Assembly: GCA_021613535.1 (NCBI GenBank)
Contig: CP075496.1
Span: 186,001 to 250,000 of the forward strand
Length of the DNA: 64,000 bases
Source: Adineta vaga
Taxonomy: Eukaryota > Animalia > Rotifera
Direction: 5' to 3'
Of the stretch, positions 37,827 through 50,125 are shown one piece after another (position 1 is the stretch's first letter; every line of letters starts with the position of its first letter). The position numbers and the translations under genes were made by a program. The notes beneath the pieces were generated by a model. That model was not told the origin of the DNA. It made no database searches and saw only the letters and a program-made list of their open reading frames with translations.

Positions 37827-40800
37827 ATGAGGAATTTAATGATATGGATCATGATGATGAGTATTGGACAGACAGAAGGTAAAGAATAAGATTTTCTCTA
37901 ATCTTTTACTATCGTTCATATTTCCTTTTATTTATAGCTGTTTCATATAATAGTCCAATCTTTGTCCAAATGCAACTTGGAATCCAAATGCAACAACTTT
38001 TGTAAATCAAAGTGTAATTGGCACTTATGTTTATGGCATTTTTGTTGACACAAACAACACTATCTATGTACCAGCTTCGAAGATGAATGCGACTTTTGTA
38101 TGGCCATCAGGTAGTACAACTCCATCAAGAACACTCACGAGTAATGTAGCATTACCATATAGTATTTTTGCTACAAATAACGGTGATATTTATGTCGATA
38201 ATGGCGAGGTTTACGGTCGAGTAGATAAGTTCGCACCGAATGAAAACATCAGCACTCTAGTTATGTATGTTAATGGAACATGCGCATATGCTTTTATTGA
38301 TTTTAATAATACTCTATATTGTGCAATACGCTATCTTCATCAAATTTTCAAAAAATCATTAAATGATAATTCAACCGAACCAATAGTAGCGGTTGGTACA
38401 AGTATTGCGGGTTCAGCTTCAGATATGTTAGATGGTCCTTCGGGATTATTTGTTGACACTAATCTTGATATTTATGTGGCAGATTTGAATAATAATCGAA
38501 TTCAAATGTTTCGATCAGGACAAACTAATGGAACAACTGTAGCAGGAAATACAACAAAAAATTACACAATTGTTCTGAACCAACCACAGGCTGTTCTTCT
38601 CGATAGTAATAAGTATCTGTTTATTTTGGAGCGACTAAATGGTCGTCTTGTTGGATCAGGACCAAATGGTTTTCGATGTATAGTTGGATGCTCGGGTACA
38701 GCAGGTGCATCATCGAATCAGTTAGATCGTCCGAAATCGATGAGTTTTGATAGTTATGGTAATATATATGTTGCTGACCAATATAATCATCGAATTCAAA
38801 AATTTCTTATTTCAAGCAATGTTTGCTGTAAGTATCAAGATATTTTTCCGGTGGTTTTATTCGACAAACACTAAGAATAAGTTGACCGTCAAATATTTCT
38901 CATGAATAATGAGGTTAAATTAGAACGTATTTATAAGAATTAGTATGAATGCTTTTCGACAACACATAACTCGACTGTCCATTTTTTTTTTTCTATATTC
39001 TATTAACAATCTATAAGTATATTGTCTTATTGTCGAATAAATTCAACTAAAGAATTTAAAGAAATTGTACGAAAATTTTGATGAATGTCTAAAAGTTACT
39101 GGACAAATTCTACCATATTTGATCGTCATTAATAGGTAAATGAGCTAAAATTCAATCAATGGAAGAACTTAGACTGTATCGATCGTTTCTACGACGATAT
39201 ATACCAGATAATAAATAATTCGTAGTATTTAAACAGTCGTTTTAAAAAAGACGAGTTCACTTATCCTATTTCTCGGGTCAAAGAAAAACAGAGTAGAATG
39301 TGTAACAGTTTGTAAAAGTTCATTGAATTAATAAAAATTCGTCGAAAATTTTGCCGACCTTTTCCTAGTATACACTACTAATGAATTATAATACGTCAGA
39401 ACTTTTATGTATAATAGCCACAACTACAACAACAACTACAACAACAACTACCACAAAAACATCAACCACAACATCAACATCAACATCGACATCGACAACA
39501 ACAACTACATCAACAAAAACATCAACAACTACTACATCAATAACTACATCAACATCAACAACTACTACCACAGAAACGACTACAGCCACCTCTGCTATTA
39601 CGACCACCACTACAAAAACAACAACTACTTCGACTACTACTATTATTTCTACAGCAGCATCAACGACAGAAGCATCGATCTCTTCAAATATGCCAAGTGA
39701 GTAAACTACTCTTCCCCTTTAACTATTGATAGATATTTATATGCATCATTTTATATTACAATAGCGCAACTTACGACGAAGTTAGTAAGCAGTTCGGCTA
39801 CTGTATTATCAACAAATCTATTATCATCAGACCAACTTATGATATTCAAGTCGAGTATCATCATTTGTTTCAACTGCGATGATACCAAGAAACACTTTCC
39901 GTAAGGATAAAATTTTCATTGCAAAATAATAGTGCCATAGTACTCAATTCAATGCTGATTAGTAGATAAGTTATACTGTTCTAGAATTCTTCTTCAAATA
40001 TTTATAGATTTCATGACTATTCTATATACAAAATTGTTTTAGACGAAACTTCTTCATCTATCATTGCAACAGCAATAACATCATCATCACCACGAACTAC
40101 TTGTATACCGATAGGAATATTTATTTTTTCGATTTAAATCCATATTTTTCTTTATTAGATTGTTCGGCGGCGATTATTTCACTTTCACCAAATAATTCTC
40201 AATCTAATGAACCACTACTCATACCACGTAGTCAAGCATTTTCGATAGATTCTTCATTACAACTTAGTTATGTACCACCTTCCGCTGCAATTCGACAGTG
40301 GACCATTCAAAAATGTACACCACTTTGTACAGTTGATGTACAACTTACACCTTCACTGACAACGATGACATTATCTGAGATCTATATTCCAGCAAGAACA
40401 TTAGAATATGGATTATATCAGTGAAATTGACTGTGACAATGTGTGCTTCATCACAATCTGTTTCATCGGCAATAACATATGTTAGAATCATTCCATCATC
40501 TATCAATGTCAATTTAGTTCAGTTTGGTGCATCAATGATTGTACAGGATCAACAAAAGTTATTAACACTTGATCCAGGTAAATTTTCAGTCGATCCCGAT
40601 ACTTCTTACTTTAATTCTAGTGTAAGTTATTGTTATTTTATAATAAAAAAACAAAAATCTTTTATTGATTTCATGTAGAATTGGTATTATACGTATTTTT
40701 GTCGAATTTATGGTGTAAATGATTTTCCAACTATTAATGGAACAATGTTAACTATCGATGATCCAAGAAATAGTTTTTTCAATTCATCATGTTTTCCTCG

Positions 40801-43800
40801 ACAATCGAGTATGTTAATTTATACGTACATAATCATTTCTATTCTATTTACTCCAAAGGTAATACAACACAGTGGCAATATTATGGTTCGAATCAAATAC
40901 GATCATCATTGATAATTTCTAATGGATCTTTCTCTCTAAATCAAACGTATCATTTTAAAGTTATTCTAAACAATATTCAAGATACTACACGATCATTTAC
41001 TGGAAATCTATTAGTAAAAATAAATGAGAATTCATTGATAGATATTATCGTTCAGTATGTATCGTTTCTAGAATTTCTCTTATTATATCATATTTATTTT
41101 CATAGATGTATTTTTCCAAATATGTGTCCATCTAATAATGAATTTCAAATAATTAATCCCACAACACAATTATCACTCGCCTCATTTTGTATTAATAATT
41201 GCAATAATATATCAGTAAATACCTATATTCAATGGAATATATATTATGGATTTATCAATTCATCATGTAATGTTGTTCAATGGTCATTACTTGATAATAT
41301 AATTGATTATAAGAACGTTTGGTTTTTCGGTAAGTACGACTTGTAATAATTTATAAAATTCGAACAATTTATATTTTATAGGTTTGAACTCAAAAAATTT
41401 CACGGCAACTACTAATCTGTTTCACACTTATTCAAATATACAATATTGGCAATTTGAAGTTATCTATTCAATTGGATTAACTAAAAGTATTGGATTAATT
41501 AATTTTATTATTAATTCATCACCTATAAATGGAACTTGTCTAACAAATCCATTCAATGGAACTACAAGTACAATATTTACTATTACATGTTCAAATTGGT
41601 TTGATGTAGATGGTATAAAAGATTATACATTTTATAGTAAGAATAAATTCTTTGTCTACAAAATATTTCAATAATATTATGTATTTTAGCTTGGACAAAT
41701 AATCGATTGAATCGTATGATGCTTGGATTCACAACTCAAAATATATTTCAAGCTCGAATGCCAACATATGATTCAAATTCGACACTGTTACATTTAATCG
41801 TTCAAGTTCGAGATATTTATGATTGTGTTACTGAAATGAATATGTCATCAATTTTAATTTCACGAGATACAATTAATATTAATGAATTTCTACTTTCAAT
41901 TCAATTATCATTGAATAATTCAGTTAATGATAGTAGAATTAGTTCAAATTCATTGATGAATATTTTATCTGGAAATGGTTATTTAAATGATATTTGTCAA
42001 GTATACATTTCAATATCTAATATAGTGAATGATCAATCAAAACAAACTTTTTTAACAATAATTACAGGTATATTATTATGTTTGAAGATATATAAGATTA
42101 TTATTATTACTCTCCTAGATAATATATCACCTGTTAGTATTTCAGTTTCGTCATTGAATGAAAAAGTATATTTAAAACAATAATGTTCTATTTTCGTTTT
42201 TGTATAAGAGAAACATTTTAATAATTTAGTTTTCTATCAATCAATCATCAGGATCAATAAATGAATCAATTTTAATTGAATTTAAAAAACAAATGAATGA
42301 AATAGCTACTATTCAAGAATATTTAATAATATTTCTTAATAATTTAACAATTACAAATATAAATAGTATTATTTTACAAGCAACTACTATGGTTCAATTA
42401 ACTTCAAGTACAAATCAATTGACACGACAAGCTTTAGTAAATATAACCTATATAAACATTTAAATATACATGTTAAAATCTTTTTTTTAGAATATCGCAT
42501 CAATAAAATGCTATGAATTATCAAATGCTTTATCAAATCTAGCTGATACAATTACCTATGATAATATACAACTAGCTACGAATCAGATATTTCAATGTAT
42601 TAGCAATGTTCTTACTGTAAAGTATTTTTTAAATAATGAAATTTTTTCATTCGATGTTATTATAGAGTGTCAATATTCCATTACAACAACGTGGGATTGT
42701 ATTAGATATTGATATTGAACGTGCTAAAATGTATTCGGATAATAAATCTCTAGACATATCTTTGAAATTCGTGGAAAGTATCAATATGAATTATCAACAA
42801 CAATTAGTAAGTCGATTATTATTTACTTTATAATGTATCATTGAAAGATAAATTTTCTTAGGCTGATATCATCATACATCGATGTGAACAAATCAAATCA
42901 ATCCTATCGAATATATTACAAAAACATTTGAGTGTTGAACAATCATTGATTATTAACACATCATCCGTTATTATGTCTTTACAAAAAGTTGAAGTTAATG
43001 CACTTCCTGATAGATTGATTCAACTTAATGATAATACTCAAGTTCGACTACCATCAACTATCAATTTCAATTTGACTGAGAATTCATCAGTAGTATTAAG
43101 AGTAAATTTTAGTATGAAATCTTTTCATAAATATATCTATTTTTCATCTTATAGTGTATTCTTACTCCATTAGCAATGGCTGGTCGTAATGTAGAATCAA
43201 CTAATTTATCTGGTTTATTATTTATGGATTTTATCGAAGAGAATGGAAATGAAATTATTATTAAAACTAGTATTGATCAACCTATTGAAATCTTTATTCC
43301 AAGTGATGTGAATTGGATTGTTCCATCTATGACACGACAGAATGTTTCATCATTAAATGACAATCAAACGATAATTGATGATCCATTTAATTTACATTTT
43401 GTTAATATAAGTCAATTAAATGAAAATATTACAATATCTATTCATTTCGAACTACGTCCATTAAATGTTAATCTTGGTTATATGTTAATTTATAAATTTG
43501 ATGATATACCACAATTGAATAGTTCAATAAAACAAATCGATGGATGGTCATTGATGTGTCCTTCAAGTAAAAATAATCAAATTGATGATTATAAATACTA
43601 TTGATTTATTTTTAGATTTGACAAATGATGGTTTCTTAAGTTATTTTATTAATAATCATAAAACATCCCATCATCACTCGATTATATTTGGTATTCGAGA
43701 ATTAAATCCCAAAGAAGTTGATGTATATTGTATAAATCAATCGTCAGATTTACCAATTATTGATTCTTCTGCTAATTTTTCAAGTGATTATGAATTTCGA

Positions 43801-45944
43801 ATATTCTCATCTGGTTGTTATTATCTTGATTCAAATCTTGCTTGGCAATCGGATGGACTTACAGTAAGTCATTTCTATAGAATTTCAATAAAAACTATAT
43901 ATATATATATTCGAGGTCGGTCCATTGACAAATCATTTTCGAACTCAATGTTTTTCTACTCATTTATCAATATTTGCCGGTGGTTTTCTTGTTTTACCAA
44001 CTCCAATCAATTGGAAATATGTATTTGCTAATACTAATTTTAATAAAAATCGTACAATTTACTTAACTATTACTACTATTATGGTTGTTTACATTATCTC
44101 TTTGATCTATTGTCGACATAAAGATGAAAAAGACAGAGATAAAGTTTGTTTAATGAATAATATAGATCTTTTTTTTTTGTTTCGAACAATGTTTATGCTT
44201 GATTTTTTTAGTTGAAAGTAAGTGTTTTAATGCATAATCAATCAATTGATAAATATTATTATCAAATACTTGTATTTACTGGAATACGAAAGAATTCAGA
44301 AGCCAATACTCGAGTAAAATTTCGATGTTGATTATTTCTATTTATAAAAATGATTATTTTAGGTTGAATTTATTTTATCAGGTATCAAAGATACAACAGA
44401 TATTTGTGTTTTATTTAATTCTCATAAAAACATTCTTCAACGTGGATCAATTGATTCTTTTCTCTTAGCTGTACCGAAGTATGTTTATTTTTATATCTAA
44501 TTACAATTTCTTTTCAATAATACTTTGAAGATCATTAGGAAAACTGACAAATTTGCGTATTTGGTTAAATAATTCAACTAATAATAGTAAAGGTTTATGG
44601 TTTCTTAAATATTTTATTGTGCGTGACTTACAAACAATGGAAAAATTTCATTTTATTTGTCGACAATGGTTAACAGCAGAGAAAATGAATTTATCAGTAA
44701 GAAATTTCTTTGTTTTAAAAAGAATTCTTCATTATATATTTTGTTTAGACTCAATATAATTATCCTTTAGCAAGTAATTATGAAAAACATAAATTTAGAT
44801 TAAGTATTTCTCATAATGTTTATCATAATATATCGGATGAACATTTATGGTATTCAATTTTTTCTCGACCATTATCAAATCATTTTACACGTGTTCAACG
44901 ATGTACATGTTGTTTTGTTCTTCTTTTTACTGCTATGTTATTGAACATTTTATATTATGATCTAATGTATGATATAAAAACAAACAAAAATTTACATCGT
45001 TTTTTTATTGGTCCATTTTGTTTCAGTCGAGAACAGGTTTATCTATTCAATTTTCTTGTTCAAAAATATTTTTTCTGTTTCACAATTAGATTGGAATAGG
45101 AATAATTTGTGATGTACTCCTCTTTATTCCAAGTATGTGCCTTGTGATGTTATTTAGACGAATACGAAGACGTCAAAATATTTCACCTGTATTGCAAGTT
45201 CTTATGGAATTAGAACCAATGAAAATATTAACTGCGAAACAAAGAAAAATGAAAAATAAAAGATCATTACCATGGTGGAGTTTATTTATTGCGTATGGTC
45301 TCTCATTTATGATATTTGCTATATCAGTATTGATTATTATTGCACGAGGAATTGAATTTGGTGATGAGAAAGTTCAGAAATGGCTTGGATCATTATTTAC
45401 AAGTTTTTTTTCATCGATTCTTCTTACTCAACCAATCAGAGTTTGTATATTTATCAAGGAGAATCTTTTTTAATGTTTTTATATATCAATAGGTACTTAT
45501 TGTGACTATTATGTTTGTATTGTTTCATCGTCGGAGAAATATTAATAAGAAAACGATTGATTATATTGATAAAAACGAAGATTTTTATTTAAATGGTGTC
45601 GAAGAAAATATTGAAGTTTGTTTTCTTTTTTTATTTAATAAATTAATTTTTATCAAATAATATTATTTTTATTTTTAAAGAAGAATTTATTAATCAGTGA
45701 TCAAAACGATAAAAGTATTATTGAACTTCAAACAATCCCAACTGATTTACAAAAACTGACAAATTTTAATTCGAATACAGTGAGTATAAGAATGTTATTA
45801 AGTCTTGGAGATAATATTCTATGATCGTTATTTTAGATGAACAAAACTCATCGATCATTACCATTAGCTACTAGAGGAACAAAACCGAAATCATCAATCT
45901 TTCCACAATCCGTAATTGATTGTCATGTTGAGAATTTAGAATAA
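37827..45944 (+). CDS. PKD1/REJ-like protein with N-terminal NHL propeller and mucin stalk; no C-terminal channel domain; frameshifted
   Basis: Signal exon at 37827; NHL exon ~37938-38828; Thr-rich exon; REJ motifs (PINGTC..P.NGTT.TIFTITC.NWFD.DGIKDY); GPS (SGCYYLD..WQSDGL...TQCFSTHLSIFAGG); PLAT (LRIW..WFLKYFIVRD..FICRQWL); EHLWYSIFSRP...RVQRCTCC; more than 20 introns; apparent frameshifts near 37960 and 40421. Confidence 0.8.
39417..39665 (+). repeat. (ACN)n Thr/Ser-rich low-complexity coding tract
   Basis: ACAACTACAACA... encoding TTTTTTKTSTTT. Confidence 0.85.
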
Positions 45945-46634
45945 AAAGTACAAGGGATTTGATGATAAGATTTACTTTTGTCGAATCATTTATTCAAGCT
46001 AGCCATTGCTTTATATAGTTGTCTTATATTGTGTTGAAATCCTACTTCTCTTTCTTGTAGAGAAGAGTCTACAAACATAAATTCTCTGCTTGTTTGCTTG
46101 CTTAGTGGTGTGTATGCACTTCACTGATTGTTCGAATATAAAATAAAATACAGAACTAAAAGACATTCTTTTTCTTAATAAGGGTCGAGCAACATGAATC
46201 TGTGGTCAGCATCGTCACATTATGTAAATAAAGAGCTCAGTATAGGTCTATAAAACACGATCCCTTCGAGAAAGAGCTGACCGAGTCTCTCAACTAGCGT
46301 TACTTTTTTTAAATAAAAAATAATAGGTGTAATATTAGTTAGAGCTGCTTACAGAGAATTTTGATTTCTCCATCCAAAAATAGACAGATAAAAATAAGTA
46401 ATTAATTCGCCCACCTGAAAAACAATAAAGAATGTGTCTATCGTTGAGTATATGTGCTAATGTACACCTACCGTTAATACTTTATTAATTGTTGCTTATA
46501 TTATAAATTGTGTCAGAAATGTAACCAGTCCAGTCGACTTCTACTACTGTAACAAAAACATCATAAATCTCCGTGATATGCCCGATTTTTAGTGCAAACC
46601 TCATCTTTCATGATTCTTCAGATGAATAAATTTC

Positions 46635-46688
46635 AAGGTGCGGGTGAGATTGTTGGTAACAGAAAGACCAGTACTCGCACTCACACCC
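46635..46688. repeat. Telomere-like palindromic element (degenerate)
   Basis: AAGGTGCGGGTGAGA...ACTCGCACTCACACCC. Confidence 0.6.
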
Positions 46689-46919
46689 ATCATCATCAAA
46701 ACGAGCTTTTCATAATGTTTCTTTGTTGAAAAATTCGGTATGACCAAATAGTACGAGAAATAATTCTATATCTATACAACTCACAACTATACATTTTAAT
46801 GTAAGACAATGAATTCTTTCTTGAATGAGATAGATTTTAATTTTCATCTATTTTAATAGTTCGATTACAGAAAAGTAACACAAAGTGAACGAAAATGAAA
46901 GTTATAAATGCGACAATTT

Positions 46920-47176
46920 TCATAGTTCACATTTACAAGCTGAACATTGACAATCATTGCATTTACATGTTGGTCCACAGCTTGTGTTTTCGTGAGAACA
47001 TGATTTACAATCACATTTGCATGAACAATTATCGTCACATTTGCAAATACCATTTTGGCATCCTGCACCACATCCACAACCATCAGCTATAGATGAGAAG
47101 ACAAGAAGATGAGAAGATGAGAGATGTGAATGTAAGGAAGGGTGAACTTACTTTTGCATTGACATGATTTTGGCAT
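46920..47176 (-). CDS. MT: Metallothionein, copy A (63 aa, ends CKCEL)
   Basis: Exons 47152-47176 and 46920-47086; 19 Cys mostly in CxC motifs; no aromatic residues. Confidence 0.88.
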
Positions 47177-47742
47177 GTTGATTATTTGATTGGATTTGTA
47201 AGTGATAAGAAGAGTAGGAACGAATGAATGAATAAATGAGGAGAATTGTATGAGTATTTATATAGATAGATGAATGAATGATTGTGCACGGGCACATTTG
47301 ATTTGTTGAACAGCACCCCTTATGAAAGGGGTGTTATTTTACCTGTTTATCTGAGCACCCCCTTTTTCTCTTTGTAATGATTTTGATGAATTACTTTCGA
47401 CATAAGATGCTGACTGCTAATCTATGATAATCAAATAATTGACAAAATCAATATTCAATATAATAATGTTTAATATTTAAACTGAATTAAATTTCAAAAA
47501 ACTTTTATTCTTTTTTGATAACACCACGTGTCATGCATTTTTCCTCATTTTTTTTCATGTTTGACGTCATTAAACGTGTTTCACCTTGTTTCTCTTTTTC
47601 CTTATCACTACCTGTTTTGACTAAAGTACATTGTATGCACCGCTCTTTTTCGTATTGGTCTAAAGTCATATCTAACCACGAATAAACAAACGATCGACAA
47701 GGGGGTGCTTAGTTAATGAATCTTGATAAACAGGTAAAATAT

Positions 47743-47822
47743 CACCCCTTTCATAAGGGGTGCTGTTCAATAAATCAAATGTACCCGTGCACAATACATT
47801 CATTCATCTATCTATATAAATA
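47743..47822 (+). promoter_or_regulatory. MT proximal promoter: CACCCCTT-N4-AAGGGGTG palindrome and TATA box
   Basis: Palindrome at 47743-47762 and TATATAAA about 80 nt upstream of the ATG; equivalents upstream of all four MT copies. Confidence 0.6.
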
Positions 47823-47896
47823 CTCACACAATTCTCCTCATTTATTCATTCATTCCTACTCTTCTTATCACTTACAAATCCAATCAAATAATCAAC

Positions 47897-48157
47897 ATGC
47901 CAAAATCATGTCAATGCAAAAGTAAGTTCACCTTTCCTCACATTCTCATCTCTCATCTCTCATCTCTCATCTTCTTGTCTTTTCATCTAGCTGATGGTTG
48001 TGGATGTGGTGCAGGATGCCAAAATGGTATTTGCAAATGTGACGATAGTTGTTCATGCAAATGTGATTGTAAATCATGTTCTCACGAAAACACAAGCTGT
48101 GGACCAACATGTAAATGCAATGATTGTCAATGTTCAGCTTGTAAATGTGCCTTATGA
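47897..48157 (+). CDS. MT: Metallothionein, copy B
   Basis: Exons 47897-47921 and 47991-48157; MPKSCQCKTDGCGCGAGCQNGICKCDDSCSCKCDCKSCSHENTSCGPTCKCNDCQCSACKCAL. Confidence 0.9.
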   Translation: MPKSCQCKSKFTFPHILISHLSSLIFLSFHLADGCGCGAGCQNGICKCDDSCSCKCDCKSCSHENTSCGPTCKCNDCQCSACKCAL

Positions 48158-48573
48158 AAATTGTCGCATTTATAACTTTCATTTTCGTACACTTTGTGTT
48201 ACTTTTCTGTAATCGAACTATTAAAATAGATGAAAATTAAAATCTATCGATATTAGAACACTTTTAAATTATTATAATATTATACGATATGTAAACAATA
48301 CAAGAAATAAAGTCAATTATAGGATATGAAATATTCGTATTGATATTTATGAGCTACATTTGCATCCTTTTTTGTCACACTCTTCCTCTAAAATGATATA
48401 TGAATATTCAGAAATATCAATAGCAAAGAAGAAAATAAACACACTCGTTTTATTATAATCATAACTTGATTTACATTTATATGCGCCTGTTATGGCGTAA
48501 TCGTCTTTGTAGAAACATTTTTCAGCTAGAAGAGTAATATTTGTATATTTTCACCGAATAACGAATATTATTC

Positions 48574-48723
48574 AAGGGTGAGTGTGACTACAAGAGAATT
48601 AGTAAACCTCTAAGACAAGAAAAACAAATGATTTATTTTTTAGATTAATTTATTTTTAAATAAAAAGAAATTGTAACAAGTAGTGTTGGAATCACACTCT
48701 CACGCAACCTCACTACCATCAAG
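48574..48723. repeat. Telomere-like palindromic element (long spacer, degenerate)
   Basis: AAGGGTGAGTGTGA...TCACACTCTCACGCAACCTCACTACCATCAAG. Confidence 0.45.
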
Positions 48724-48764
48724 ATCCTGGTTTGGAAGTTACTAAGAATAACTACATTGAGATT

Positions 48765-49347
48765 TAATTTATTCGAAGTGGATCTCCACTTTCAAACATA
48801 ATTGCAATTTTTGTGTTTATTGATTTGAAATAAAAATAAATGTCAATGCGTCTTTGTTTCTGTTGAACAAATAACATTGTAATTGGAGAATCATTATTAA
48901 AATGAACAATTTTTTGAATATCAAGATATTCACCGATATATTTTAATAAATTTTCTCCTGAATATCGATACCATTCTCTTGACCGATGATGAGTTTTGAA
49001 AGTTTTTTGAAAAAGATTTTTCCCATAAACATTAAATGAATCATATAAATTAACATCACATAGATTAGGAAAACGAAATGAATACGTCTTCCATTGATTA
49101 ATAACTTTAAAATCATCTGTATAACGCCAACGAATAGAATTTGCTTCTAATGCACGCCATAATAATCTTTTTCTAATAATAAATAATTCGTCATAATCAT
49201 TCGAAATGGTAAATTTTGAATATAATACAATGATTCATCAATTAATAATCGAGAAAATTTTTCAAAATTTCTCTTCAAACAAATTTGATCAGCAATCATT
49301 TTCGAATCATCAATATATTTAATCATATTGAAATATTTTCGACTCAT
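48765..49347 (-). pseudogene. Unknown ~190-codon gene with one frameshift
   Basis: ORF 49347-49147 continues, after a shift near 49200, in an open frame of about 140 codons (..LLWRALEANSIRWRYTDDF..MFESGDPLRIN*); no family recognised. Confidence 0.35.
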
Positions 49348-50125
49348 GATTTCGTTGAATCTTTGTGAATTAAATTGGAATGAAAATAAAAAACATTTTC
49401 CATATCTTTATATACTTCTTTTGTTTTTGAATACAACGTTATAAAAATGTCAACATGATTCATCTATCACTCTATAGGTAATAAACCATTATGAAGATGT
49501 TGTCTACGGTAGAAAAGAAAATTTACTTGATGATAGTATTTTCTACGAATATATAATATACAAATCCATGAAAATCATAAAGGTGAATGTGCGTATAAAA
49601 TGTAATTCTTATATTATAGTGAGTTCTTATCATCATGTGTAGTATCTATAGTGGATTTCATACAAAATACAAAAGATTTTGTTTTATTGAGTTATCATAC
49701 ACGTGACTCTTTTCAAAACAACTCCTTTGTTGTTGTTTTCTTTTTTATAATGTCATTACTATAAGAATATGAATGAAATTGATATGTAAATATGTTATCC
49801 TTACTCTTAACTATATAATCTTTTTAATTCATCTTCATTTTAATAAAGTCTCTCTATCTAAAATGTCAATCTAAGAAAAGCAGTTTTATACTAACGAATA
49901 CAAATGATATCAAAATACAGTATGGTTTTGATCATTATACATTCTCATACTTCGTCATATGCTCTTAATAATCTTATTTCTGAGATGAATGTATATTTAT
50001 AATACACAAGTATATTTACTATATGTATAAGATGGAATTGTTCATGAAATAGTTTCTGCTTTTATAATTCTTATATTTAACTTTGCCTTATTATATAGGA
50101 ATATTGTCAATAAGATTTATTTAAT

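Noticed and set aside
39386-39700. Poly-Val and poly-Asn ORFs
   Set aside because: Other frames of the Thr-rich tract
47281-47800. Canonical metal response elements
   Set aside because: Only TGCAC cores (TGCACGG, TGCACAA, TGCACCG); none matches TGCRCNC fully
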